Of a DNA stretch of 64,000 nt, positions 27,425 through 37,168 are shown one piece after another; position 1 is the stretch's first letter; the number at the start of each line of letters is the position of its first letter. Position numbers and translations under genes: made by a program. Under the pieces are notes generated by a model. It did not search any database. It saw nothing but the letters and a program-made list of their open reading frames with translations, and was not told the DNA's origin. Source of the DNA: Candidatus Poribacteria bacterium (GTDB taxonomy: Bacteria; Poribacteria; WGA-4E; WGA-3G); the NCBI GenBank assembly GCA_963667365.1, contig OY763324.1:1210071-1274070 (forward strand). The letters are read 5' to 3'.

Positions 27425-28996
27425 TTAATGACTGGCTTCAGATATTCCACCGATGGCGTATAGATGATTAGTGGTTCGCAGATATAGTGTATTTCCAGCG
27501 ATTGCAGGTGTTGCAAAAATCTCTTCACCAAATTTATTCCTTGCGAGAACTTCAAGTTTATCTCCAATTTGAATAACCGTGACCGTTCCCTGATTTGAAA
27601 CCGTGATGAGTTTGTCTCCTACAGCGATTGGTGAAGCTATATATTGTCCCCTTGCCCCTATTCGTTCCCGGAATATTTGTGCACCGTCTGATGCCTGTAT
27701 GCATGTCAGAATACCACCTTTTCGCAGCAGATATATCCTTCCATGACTATAAAGCGGAGATGGTATCTCAGGTATACCGGTATGTATTTCCCAAGCAACG
27801 TTCAATGGTCGCGCATTTCCCTCAGCACCCGGTTTGATTGCGATGAGAGTCGGTTGGCTTTCCATCGCAAACCCAGACATAAGTTGCAGCCAGTCTGATT
27901 TGTTAAGAATGCCATCTCCATCTTTGTCCAAGTGTTTGAACCAATAGTTGACCTGTTGAGGTTTGATCGGATAGGAAGATCCGAGTTCGTGTTTCTCTAA
28001 TTCGCTTCGTAAAGGGATTCTAAAACCTTTTGCCATCTCTTCACGTTGTATTTTGTTGTCATGGTTTTTATCGAAATCTTCAAGTGTAACCTGCCACGAT
28101 GCCTCAGCGTCCCACTCAGTTTCACCGCGTCCACCTGCTGCAGCATCACTTACAAAGAGATGTCCTTCCCCAACAACAGGTATTCCAATGGTTTCTGTAG
28201 AAAATCCACCTGACCACCAAAGTTCTTCACCAGTAGCAGGATCATACGATGTCAACTTCCTGAAACCTAAAACGACGAGTTCATCGCGGTGTTCATGATG
28301 CCAGATCATCGGAGTTGACCAACCTGCTTGAAACATAGGTCTCGGTTGTTCCCAAGCAGCATTTCCTGTGTCACAATTCATTGCAAGAAGACGGGAGTTT
28401 CCTCGGTTATCATCTAAAACAAGGATAACAGTGTTTTGATATAATATCGGTGAGGTTGACACACCGAACTGATTATCAGGAGGATCAATTTCACGTTCCC
28501 ATACCTTGGTTCCCTCATGAGTATAGCAGACCATGCCGTAAGTGCCGAAGTAAGCGTAAACATGTTTCTTATCAACTGCTGGGGTCGGTGATGCGGGACC
28601 GTTCATCAACGGATAATACTTTGCTTTTTTTCGTGAACTGACTGATTTACGCCACAGGATGTCACCTTTCTGCCGATCAAAGCAGACTACTGTGAGTTGA
28701 TCACTATATTTTGGTGGAAAAGTCGTGATAAAGATTCGGTTTCCCCAAATAACAGGTGATGACTGTCCTCCATCAATTTTCTGTTTCCATAAGATATTTT
28801 TATCTGGTCCAAAGTGGATCGGAATATCAGCATCTTTTATTACACCGCTGCCGTTTGGTCCGCGAAACTGATTCCAATATGTTTCATCTTCACTGTTCTG
28901 TGCATAATTGACATTGGAAAAAATAAATGTTGACATTAAGGAGATTATTAAAATTGTTTTGTATGTGTTTTTCATATTGATTGTAGGTTGTAGCAA
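27425..28996 (-). CDS. secreted PQQ-like (BamB-like) beta-propeller repeat protein with an EF-hand-containing insert
   Basis: Signal peptide plus repeated ILWKQ/DILWRK...G..SSPV blades. EF-hand-like loops DKNHDNKIQREE and DKDGDGILNKSD. Confidence 0.6.
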   Translation of the reverse strand: MLQPTINMKNTYKTILIISLMSTFIFSNVNYAQNSEDETYWNQFRGPNGSGVIKDADIPIHFGPDKNILWKQKIDGGQSSPVIWGNRIFITTFPPKYSDQLTVVCFDRQKGDILWRKSVSSRKKAKYYPLMNGPASPTPAVDKKHVYAYFGTYGMVCYTHEGTKVWEREIDPPDNQFGVSTSPILYQNTVILVLDDNRGNSRLLAMNCDTGNAAWEQPRPMFQAGWSTPMIWHHEHRDELVVLGFRKLTSYDPATGEELWWSGGFSTETIGIPVVGEGHLFVSDAAAGGRGETEWDAEASWQVTLEDFDKNHDNKIQREEMAKGFRIPLRSELEKHELGSSYPIKPQQVNYWFKHLDKDGDGILNKSDWLQLMSGFAMESQPTLIAIKPGAEGNARPLNVAWEIHTGIPEIPSPLYSHGRIYLLRKGGILTCIQASDGAQIFRERIGARGQYIASPIAVGDKLITVSNQGTVTVIQIGDKLEVLARNKFGEEIFATPAIAGNTLYLRTTNHLYAIGGISEASH

Positions 28997-29014
28997 TTAG
29001 GTGACCGCCATTCC

Positions 29015-30499
29015 TTAGTATTTATTATACCCCCGAGAATATTGGCGTTTTTGAGGTAACAATTCAATATGCTTATCCATCCAACGTAGCCGAGTCCTCA
29101 GCCAAGATTTCATATCCATTACCTCATTTTCGTATGTTAATCGTCCAGGTCCGGGGTTGCCAAAAAGTGAACGACCCAACACACGCCATTTTTGGAAGTT
29201 CCGTTTTTGTGCTTCAGACAGAAATTCAGCAGTTTCGTCAATTTCGCCAAGGATTTTGGAATTCGACAGTTCATTTTTACGAAGCGTTTTCCACTTCCTA
29301 ACAAGTTTCTGTTTGAAGTTATTATCAGTTAACAACCGATGCCACCAGAATGGAACAGGGTTTGTATATATTAGCCAACTATCAGTCTCCCAACCGTTAT
29401 GAAAAACTGTATTTCCAATAGATAGATTGAAATCCCATACCGGACCCATTGCAAGTTTTCCACCTCTATCAATGTACATATATGTACTATAACGAAATCC
29501 ATCTGTGTTTTTGAATAGTTCATTGATGATGAAATGGTCAATGAATGAATCTACATCAATATACTTTGCATATCCTTTCTCTGGATCCTTATATGCCGTT
29601 CCACTTAACACAGATTCGAATGTGTTCATATAGTTCTGAATCCAATTTTTTTGAATATATGAGATCTCGTGTCCTTTCGGATAGACATAGGCAAGATGGG
29701 TGCCGCGTCGGGTGTAGAAGAAAGTCTCTTTATGATCCATTTTGTCGATTTTTATGATATATCCACCAGTTATTTCAGGTGGTTTCACATGGATGGACTG
29801 CAGTGATTGTATATCAACGCGGTTTTTCCCACGCTTAATCTTTTCTATTAGAAGATAGACTCCTGCATAATGTTTTGGTTGGATCTTCTTATCACCCTTA
29901 TTATTGAGAAACACTTCTACAAACTTTGTTCTGCTGGCGTATCTGCCGATCCGATTGCTGAACTCATAAGCCAAGTAGTTACGCATCAGGGTTTTATCTG
30001 AATAGGGACCATGCAGCACCCAATCCGATTCAGCAGGTAATTGGAATATAGATACATCTTTGTCTTCACCATTTTCGTCCTGAAATTCAAAACCGTACTG
30101 CCTTTTCGGGAACCCACGCGATGTTTGCCCTCTTACTTCTATACCGATTTTTCCTTCAAAATGGGTATTAGGGCTATCTATTGAGTTTCTACCACCAGAT
30201 TCATCATATATTATCTTCATCTGTGCTGGGATTTTGGGTTCGTCGGGTATCCATCTTCCATTTGTGTCAATAATCACAATCGGTAAATTAGATGTGTGTG
30301 GCCACGGGATATTGACAGGGGTTTGACGATTGACAAATCGTTGGCGATTCCGATAATCTTGTTGGTTCCGATACTCTTGACGATTCACAGTTCTTTCTGA
30401 TCGCGTGGATTGACGAGGTGGATCGGTTAAACAACTTATAAGTGTAGAAAATAAAAGACCACCGAGAAACAACAGTATGATATTTTTACAATGATTCAT
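29015..30499 (-). CDS. CotH-family (atypical kinase-like) lipoprotein
   Basis: Lipobox LISC and the CotH core FIDHFIINELFKNTDGFRYSTYMYIDRGGKLAMGPVWDFNLSIG. Confidence 0.65.
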   Translation of the reverse strand: MNHCKNIILLFLGGLLFSTLISCLTDPPRQSTRSERTVNRQEYRNQQDYRNRQRFVNRQTPVNIPWPHTSNLPIVIIDTNGRWIPDEPKIPAQMKIIYDESGGRNSIDSPNTHFEGKIGIEVRGQTSRGFPKRQYGFEFQDENGEDKDVSIFQLPAESDWVLHGPYSDKTLMRNYLAYEFSNRIGRYASRTKFVEVFLNNKGDKKIQPKHYAGVYLLIEKIKRGKNRVDIQSLQSIHVKPPEITGGYIIKIDKMDHKETFFYTRRGTHLAYVYPKGHEISYIQKNWIQNYMNTFESVLSGTAYKDPEKGYAKYIDVDSFIDHFIINELFKNTDGFRYSTYMYIDRGGKLAMGPVWDFNLSIGNTVFHNGWETDSWLIYTNPVPFWWHRLLTDNNFKQKLVRKWKTLRKNELSNSKILGEIDETAEFLSEAQKRNFQKWRVLGRSLFGNPGPGRLTYENEVMDMKSWLRTRLRWMDKHIELLPQKRQYSRGYNKY

Positions 30500-30783
30500 A
30501 GTCGTCGATTACCTCATTAGAAAATTAGAGGGTAACAGATGAAGCCGTTATTCTATATAAATTGGTGTGGTGTTATGGTCTGCAACGGGATTATATATTC
30601 CGTGGTTGGCAGATGTCTTAAAAGAATTAGCGAAGGATTTTAAGTTCGTTAGAAATAGTATATCAGAATAGAAATAGAAATCACAAGCAAATTCTATTAC
30701 AAATGGTTGGCGATATATTTGAACAAGATATTGAAAATGGTTTGTCGTCTTCTATTGAAATAGAACGTGCTATCTCGTACCCA

Positions 30784-32199
30784 TCATTGTGTTACTGACG
30801 ACACCCACTCTTGTATCAGACTTAAAGCTTCTGGTGAGATTGTTTCTTCAATCAAAGCATACTCATTGACCAGTCCTGTTATTGCTCGTTGAAACAGATG
30901 ATTGTGTTTCGGCAGACGATGTGTCGTTACACTACGATTTCCACCTTGCTCAAGAGCATCCGTAATGGCAGTGAGATTCTGTTCGGCATCAACCTGCACA
31001 TCAAGTTCACCGTTCAGTGCTAACACAGGCACCTTAACTTTTTTCAGTACAAGACGTGGATTGAAGGCAAGAAAATATCGCATCCATGGGTTAAGGACTT
31101 GTTCGACCGCTGTCTGTATCTGTGTTTCGTCCTGTTGTTGGATGGGAACACCATTGGCTTCAAACTGTTTCCGCACAATTGCATCAATTTGCTGCCGCAG
31201 TTCATCATCAGGCATCTTTGAGGATAAGGTTGTGAATAACTCATCAAGAAGCATTAGTAAAGTATCCTTACGTTCACCTACTATTCCCATGGCGTTGAAA
31301 ATACGTTCATTCTGTTTACGTAAGAGTTCTGCTCCCAAGACCCCGGGGGCAGCCATCAGTACCACAAAACTTATGTCGTCACATCGACTTGCTACGATTG
31401 CTGCGATAGCACCACCTTCACTATGACCGATCAGTCCAATAGAACTAATTCGTTTATCCTGTTTGAGAAATGCTACACCTGCTTCCGCATCAGTTGCAAA
31501 GTCTACTGTCGTTGGTTGCTTCGGATATGGTGTTGACTTGCCGATACCTGGGTCATCAACTCGTAGTACAGCAATTCCAGCACGGGTTAGGTAGTCAGCC
31601 AGCACCCAAAACGGTTTGTGTCCGAATATCGTCTGGTCACGATCTTGTAAACCACTACCAGAGATAAGCAGTACCGCAGGAAACGGTCCATCATCTGGTG
31701 GTAGTGTCAAAGTGCCAGCAAGGTTGAAAGTCCCGTTGTTAAAAGCAACTTCTTCAATTTTGTAGGGAAAAGGTGGTTTAGGTTCTTGGGGACGGGAAGG
31801 ATTAGATACAATGTCGCGGGAAAGTGTGAAATCAAATGTGGCACCACCTTGAGTGAATTTACCACTGATGATACTATCGCGTAAATATCCATTGAAAGTT
31901 GGATTTCCAGGTACACTGCTAATAGTGAATTTTACACCCACACCATCTTCGGTTGCCTCAATTTGGATATCGGACAAAGGCAATCCTTTCGCACCTTGAG
32001 TTGGAATGTCAATGGTCCCTTTCCAGTTATTGTCCTCGTTAGAAAGATCAACCTTTATGATTAATGGTTGAATTGGTGTGTCTATCTTTCCTTTCCAGTG
32101 TCCGGAAACACGATCTTCCGCGTGGGAGAACGCGACGATCACAGCGAATATCATTGCGAAAAGGAGCACCTTGCGATAGTTTTTACGATTTGTTTCCAT
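30784..32199 (-). CDS. secreted alpha/beta-hydrolase (S9/dienelactone-hydrolase-like)
   Basis: Signal peptide and nucleophile elbow GHSEGG. Confidence 0.65.
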   Translation of the reverse strand: METNRKNYRKVLLFAMIFAVIVAFSHAEDRVSGHWKGKIDTPIQPLIIKVDLSNEDNNWKGTIDIPTQGAKGLPLSDIQIEATEDGVGVKFTISSVPGNPTFNGYLRDSIISGKFTQGGATFDFTLSRDIVSNPSRPQEPKPPFPYKIEEVAFNNGTFNLAGTLTLPPDDGPFPAVLLISGSGLQDRDQTIFGHKPFWVLADYLTRAGIAVLRVDDPGIGKSTPYPKQPTTVDFATDAEAGVAFLKQDKRISSIGLIGHSEGGAIAAIVASRCDDISFVVLMAAPGVLGAELLRKQNERIFNAMGIVGERKDTLLMLLDELFTTLSSKMPDDELRQQIDAIVRKQFEANGVPIQQQDETQIQTAVEQVLNPWMRYFLAFNPRLVLKKVKVPVLALNGELDVQVDAEQNLTAITDALEQGGNRSVTTHRLPKHNHLFQRAITGLVNEYALIEETISPEALSLIQEWVSSVTQ

Positions 32200-32293
32200 G
32201 GATATTCAATGAATAGTGTCCGGTTGGAGAAAGTCTGTAGATTAGCCTATATATCCCTTTTCGTAGTACACTTATAACGTTATTATTGCATTT

Positions 32294-32509
32294 TTAAATC
32301 CTCTTATATTTCTGTTCAAGAAGCAAAAAAAGTCTCGCAACCGTCAACGAATTACCTTTTTTATCAGTAATTGAAATCTTTTTGTCTACTAATGCCTTTC
32401 GAAGCTGCCTCTCAATTTTCTTCCGCGTATGGTCTACATATCCTGTCAACAAACCTATACTCAAACCAAGAGCAAGACCAAGTGCAAGACCAAGACCTAA
32501 ACCTTCCAT
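32294..32509 (-). CDS. possible small membrane peptide (GLxLGLALGL repeats)
   Basis: ORF only. Confidence 0.2.
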   Translation of the reverse strand: MEGLGLGLALGLALGLSIGLLTGYVDHTRKKIERQLRKALVDKKISITDKKGNSLTVARLFLLLEQKYKRI

Positions 32510-32749
32510 AATAACGTTACCTCCTTGTTTTAATAGCGAAATACAATTCTGGTTTTCCGATGGCTGACAACTGATTACTAATTGCTATTCTTCTTTTTTC
32601 CTCAAGACTCTCTTTAGCAAATCAACAGCGTTCGTAGGTTTCTCTGCATTGACCTTCTTCTCATCAGCGACATGGAAGATGAAATCGTTACTGAACATTC
32701 CATCAGGATTCTGGATCTGTATAAGATGCAGACCAACCTCTGGCAGTTC

Positions 32750-35452
32750 CTACAATTTGACGGTGATATCTGGGTCAAGAAACTTACCTTGCTGGGAGGT
32801 GATAGTGCCATCTACTCGTCTTCCATTGACGTAAAGGTATGCCCCTTCGTGGATATGTCTACCATTGACTGTCATAGAGGTATTGTCGGAAGACAAGACA
32901 GGAAACTTTTGGTGTCCACGTTGTGCTTCAATCGGTCCTAAAGTCCAAATCCCCGGTTGTGGATAATCAACACCTACCTTTGCGCCATGTCTTGCTGTGA
33001 ACGTCCCAACAAATTTCCCTTCAGATGCTAACAAAACCAATTGAGCGCGGGTGAAAGTTTTATCTTCATTATCAGTTGTGACGTAGGTGTTTTCCTTGAA
33101 CTGCAACGCAACAACTGTAGATTCTTCCCCATCAATGAGTATGCCTTCACCAAGAAGCACAATACCATTTTCCTTAGCGGACAGTTCCAATGCATTCAAA
33201 AGGTCTCGAGTAGAACGAGCAAACGCAGAATCCTTATTGAGTGTTACTTGTCGTGCAAAAGCACCAGAAAAACCGGTCCCACCTTCCAAAACCATATTCC
33301 AAACAGGATCAAAACGCCGTCTGCCTGCCCATGAGAATTGCCATACGCGTTGTTCGGGGATTCCACGTTCTGCAACCCGTTCATAGAAATCGAAATCTAT
33401 TAGGTTCAATCTTCCCTGAGGCAGAATCAGCCATCGGTCATAAGCACCTCGCCATGTAGGTGCTTCCATTCCAGTTCCCGGTGTGTTGGTGCTTACCCAA
33501 AACGGCATACGATGGCAATCTCCGCACACATTCGGTTCTGGTTTCCCTTGGAGGTCACCATCAATATGAAAAAGCTTGAATCCTTCTTTAGCCGTTGTTG
33601 ACAGTACGTTCGTATAGGCACGTTTTTGGGCAGGCGGGTAGAGAACATTCAACAAGAATATCGCAAGGTCATCACGTTCTACCTTTGACAATGTGCCACG
33701 TTTTCCCTCATCATTTTCTACGTCAACACCTTCCATACTCATGGTTGTTGCAAGGCTCCCGTCTATGAGATGCCGAATACTGCTTTCTGGGTTACCAATT
33801 ATACTGTTAGGTTCAACCTTTTTATGTACATTCGCGCTGTTATTACCACCGTAAGGGTCACCGGGAATACCGTCCCAGTGATAAGGTTCAGTATCACGCA
33901 AACCACGAACAGGCATCGTTGAACGAGGCATAATCTGTTTAGCACCTGTAACAATTGGAGTAGCCAGCACCCAAAGCAATTGGTCAGTATGTCCATCAGG
34001 ATGGCAACTCGCACAGGAAAAAGTGCCAGTTGTTGATACGTCAGCATCGTTGAATGCTATCCGACCGCGCTTAACTGCTGGATGTGTGGGATCGTCTAAC
34101 GCAATGCTCTTAACTACTTTCGGACGTGTAAGATCCGTTAGACCAACAAAAGATACCGTGTTTGCAACCGCGTTAAAAACCCAAGCGTGTGAAGGTTTAC
34201 CGTCGTCATCAGACCCAAGCACAATACCTCGCGGCACAGAGTCAACATCCACGCGCCCTAATATCTCACCGCTCTCAGCATTAACAGTAAATATCTTGTC
34301 CGATCCTGCAGCGGATACAACCAACGTCTTATCGTCATCACTAACCTGAATAGCAAACGGAGTTGCCAACGCCTCACCTTGTTTCGGATGTGCAGGCGGC
34401 AACGGTTCAAGGTCAAAAAACATCGGTTCTTCTGCAGAATCACCATTGAAACTGACACTCGTAATCTGGTTCAAAAACGCACGGTTTTCCATCTCCGCCA
34501 AACCGTGGTTTTGTGTGCCAGCCAAACCGTTCACATCATTGCGAGCATCTGTTTGCGCGATAAAAACACGTCCTGTGGAGTCAACTGTCAATCCATAAAG
34601 CAGTGTACCGAGTGTGTCAACCGTCTCAACCAATTCGTCAGTGTGTGTATCAAATACATACAGATCCCGATCTGGCACTTTCGGGTGTTTTATGATGTCC
34701 AAAACTGCACCTATTGACAATACATTGTTGTTATCAATCACATGTTTTTGCGCATCAAAAGTTATCATTTTTCCATCAATTGGACCGGTGCCACCAGAAA
34801 GCTGCGTTTTGTTGTTAGATTCAAAAGGGATGACGTAGAGTCGGTCTCCACGGACGACAATAGCGCGCGGATCCTGTGCAGTGATGTCAAGTCTTTTATC
34901 TACTTGACGAGTGGTTACATTAATTACTGCAATCTGATTTTCGGAGGAGAGTGCAACGTACGCCTTTTCATTACTCGCGAAGGCAATACCTACAGGTTCG
35001 TCAAAGTGAGTGGCGCGGGTTTCGGGGTCAAATTCCTGCACCGTAGCAATAATTTGAAGCCACGTTGAACTTATAGGATTTGTATCAATCACGCTAACCG
35101 AATCCGAAACGTGGTTTGCTACCCATACCTCTTTGCCATCAGGACGGACAGCAATACTGACAGGATCAATACCGACGTTGATACGTTTCACGATGGCATG
35201 GGTTTCGGAGTCAATGATGTCGACTGTATCAGCAGGTGTATTCACGACAAAGACATAACCAGCGTTCACAACAATTGGCGATGCATGTGGACTCATGAAC
35301 GTAGGATGACCAACGTTTTCTGGTGGGAGATATACCTCGGTTGCAATATCATAGTTACGAGATGCAATTTCAGTTTGTGTCAATTCCTGTGTGATGTTAC
35401 AAGCATAAAATACTGCCGTTAACATCAATATGATAGCCAATTTCCTTATCAT
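32750..35452 (-). CDS. YVTN-family beta-propeller protein fused to a C-terminal di-heme cytochrome c domain (lipoprotein)
   Basis: YVFVVNTPADTVDIIDSETH-type YVTN repeats, and two heme sites CASCH and CGDCH about 150 aa apart. The start is set at the ATG at 35452 (MIRKLAIILMLTAVFYAC lipobox, with an AAAGGA SD). The track ORF begins at 35722 and would overlap argG by 155 nt. Confidence 0.65.
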   Translation of the reverse strand: MIRKLAIILMLTAVFYACNITQELTQTEIASRNYDIATEVYLPPENVGHPTFMSPHASPIVVNAGYVFVVNTPADTVDIIDSETHAIVKRINVGIDPVSIAVRPDGKEVWVANHVSDSVSVIDTNPISSTWLQIIATVQEFDPETRATHFDEPVGIAFASNEKAYVALSSENQIAVINVTTRQVDKRLDITAQDPRAIVVRGDRLYVIPFESNNKTQLSGGTGPIDGKMITFDAQKHVIDNNNVLSIGAVLDIIKHPKVPDRDLYVFDTHTDELVETVDTLGTLLYGLTVDSTGRVFIAQTDARNDVNGLAGTQNHGLAEMENRAFLNQITSVSFNGDSAEEPMFFDLEPLPPAHPKQGEALATPFAIQVSDDDKTLVVSAAGSDKIFTVNAESGEILGRVDVDSVPRGIVLGSDDDGKPSHAWVFNAVANTVSFVGLTDLTRPKVVKSIALDDPTHPAVKRGRIAFNDADVSTTGTFSCASCHPDGHTDQLLWVLATPIVTGAKQIMPRSTMPVRGLRDTEPYHWDGIPGDPYGGNNSANVHKKVEPNSIIGNPESSIRHLIDGSLATTMSMEGVDVENDEGKRGTLSKVERDDLAIFLLNVLYPPAQKRAYTNVLSTTAKEGFKLFHIDGDLQGKPEPNVCGDCHRMPFWVSTNTPGTGMEAPTWRGAYDRWLILPQGRLNLIDFDFYERVAERGIPEQRVWQFSWAGRRRFDPVWNMVLEGGTGFSGAFARQVTLNKDSAFARSTRDLLNALELSAKENGIVLLGEGILIDGEESTVVALQFKENTYVTTDNEDKTFTRAQLVLLASEGKFVGTFTARHGAKVGVDYPQPGIWTLGPIEAQRGHQKFPVLSSDNTSMTVNGRHIHEGAYLYVNGRRVDGTITSQQGKFLDPDITVKL

Positions 35453-35466
35453 AAATTGTCCTTTTA

Positions 35467-35495
35467 CCTCTGTAGGAGCGATCTCCAAATAGCAC
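35467..35495. repeat. solo MITE/REP-like arm (CCTCTGTAGGAGCGATCTCCAAATAGCAC)
   Basis: Matches the family core TCTGTAGGAGCGATCTCC. Confidence 0.55.
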
Positions 35496-35567
35496 TTTAC
35501 GACTAAAACATCTATAGAATAGACACTTGAATAGTTCGGAGGTTCAAATAATGTAGTGTTGTTCCTG

Positions 35568-36806
35568 CTACTCTTGCGTCTGTCCCGCAACGGCAGCAGC
35601 ACGCGCACCAACACCAAGCACTGCCAGAAAACCTTCCGAATCTGCGTGGTCGAAATCTCCAACATCCTCCATTGACGCTGTCTCCTCAGAATAAAGCGAA
35701 TGTGGCACACCACCTGCAGCATGGAATGCTACATTACCTTTATAAAGTGCAACCGTAATCGTTCCACTCGCTAATCGCGTCAACGGTTCAATGGATGCTA
35801 ACATAGATTGCGTAGCGGAATCGAACCAGTAACCCTGATAGATCTGTTCTGCCACATCGGAGGAGATACCATCAAAAAGTTTTCTCGCACGTCTGTCTAA
35901 AATCAACTGTAAAAGATACTCATAACACTTGCCAAGTAATTCCATACCGGGTGATTCATATACACCACGACTTTTTATTCCAACAAACCGATTTTCAACA
36001 GTATGAATTCCGATACCGACTCCGTTTCGTCCACCAATGCGGTTTGCTTCCATTAAACTCATGAGTGGTGTGCAAGGACTACCGTTTACTTCAACAGGCA
36101 TGCCACGAGCAAATGTAACGGTGAAATGTTCTATATCATCCGGTGCGTCTTTCGGATGCACACCCATCCCTGGCGTAATAAATCCCGCAGGTGTTTTCAA
36201 CGATTCTAACCTACCCGCCTCGTGCGTTAATCCCAACAAATTCGCATCTGTAGAGTAAGGCTTTTCATGCGTTGCAGTAATCGGTAAGTTGTGTTCTTGG
36301 CAGAAATCTATCATCTCTTTCCTACCACCGAACTGCTTGAGAAATTCGGAATCTCGCCACGGTGCGTATACAGAAAAGTGTGGATTTAACATGTTCGTAG
36401 CAAGTTGAAATCGCACCTGATCATTACCACGTCCAGTGGCACCGTGTGTCATAATAGAAATGTCGCGCGCTTCCATCTCTGTCAACAATGCTTTTACTGT
36501 AACGTGGCGGGCAATGCCAGTCGTGTTCCAATATCCTCCCTCATACATTGCCTGACATTGTATAAGACGAATTCCGTCCTCAGCAAGCGCGTCCTTCGCG
36601 TCAACCATTACCGCTTCTTGAGCACCACAAGCCAACATCCGTTCCCGAATCTCGTCAACGTCTCGTTCATCGGGTTGTCCAATGTCGGCAGTTAAACAGA
36701 CGACGTTAACACCGTTGTCAACTAACCACTTAGTAATTGTGCAGCTATCAAGACCGCCTGAGACCGCAGCTCCGACGGTTTTGCCTTTTAATTGATGTAT
36801 ATTCAT
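35568..36806 (-). CDS. argG: argininosuccinate synthase
   Basis: AVSGGLDSC PP-loop, and a ~410-aa length from the internal ATG at 36806. Confidence 0.85.
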   Translation of the reverse strand: MNIHQLKGKTVGAAVSGGLDSCTITKWLVDNGVNVVCLTADIGQPDERDVDEIRERMLACGAQEAVMVDAKDALAEDGIRLIQCQAMYEGGYWNTTGIARHVTVKALLTEMEARDISIMTHGATGRGNDQVRFQLATNMLNPHFSVYAPWRDSEFLKQFGGRKEMIDFCQEHNLPITATHEKPYSTDANLLGLTHEAGRLESLKTPAGFITPGMGVHPKDAPDDIEHFTVTFARGMPVEVNGSPCTPLMSLMEANRIGGRNGVGIGIHTVENRFVGIKSRGVYESPGMELLGKCYEYLLQLILDRRARKLFDGISSDVAEQIYQGYWFDSATQSMLASIEPLTRLASGTITVALYKGNVAFHAAGGVPHSLYSEETASMEDVGDFDHADSEGFLAVLGVGARAAAVAGQTQE

Positions 36807-36904
36807 AAATAAAATTATATCACGATTAGCCATAATTCGCAATATACAAACGCATATAACACGGATATTTTGTGTCCTAACAATTGGATTTGTGGAATAA
36901 TCCG

Positions 36905-36980
36905 CTTCTTTGTAGGAGGGAACTCCGATTCCCGACCATACATATCCATAGTCGCGATTCGGAGATCGCTCCTACAGAAG
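36905..36980. repeat. MITE/REP-like palindromic element (two ~30-bp inverted arms around a 15-bp spacer)
   Basis: CTTCTTTGTAGGAGGGAACTCCGATTCCCGACC ... GTCGCGATTCGGAGATCGCTCCTACAGAAG; the two arms are mutually reverse-complementary. Confidence 0.6.
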
Positions 36981-37023
36981 ATGTGTAAACATATTTTTAT
37001 ATTTCACTATAAATAAAAAATGT

Positions 37024-37052
37024 TTGACTCGCATAAAAACATGTGATATACT
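37024..37052 (+). promoter_or_regulatory. sigma70-type promoter for the tRNA(CAT)-tilS-hpt unit
   Basis: TTGACT, a 17-nt spacer, then TATACT, ending 21 nt before the tRNA 5' end. Confidence 0.6.
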
Positions 37053-37073
37053 TTAAAAAATAGATTTTAACGT

Positions 37074-37145
37074 GCCGGTGTAGCTCAGTGGTAGAGCACA
37101 CGACTCATAATCGTGCTGTCCGGAGTTCGACTCTCCGCACCGGCA
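37074..37145 (+). tRNA. tRNA with anticodon CAT, elongator type (Met or lysidine tRNA-Ile2)
   Basis: Cloverleaf with G1:C72 (not an initiator) and anticodon loop CUCAUAA. The anticodon stem C29:G41/G30:C40/A31:U39 resembles E. coli tRNA-Ile2, and tilS lies 23 nt downstream. Confidence 0.85.
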
Positions 37146-37168
37146 TTGTTCTTTGAAGGTCCCACCTC

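Noticed and set aside
35453-35722. N-terminal 90 aa of the track ORF 32750-35722
   Set aside because: It would overlap argG by 155 nt and has no signal peptide, whereas the internal ATG at 35452 has an SD and a lipoprotein signal.
36841-36900. DnaA-box cluster at the strand-switch
   Set aside because: Only one imperfect match (TGTGGAATAA) was found, which is insufficient to call an oriC.
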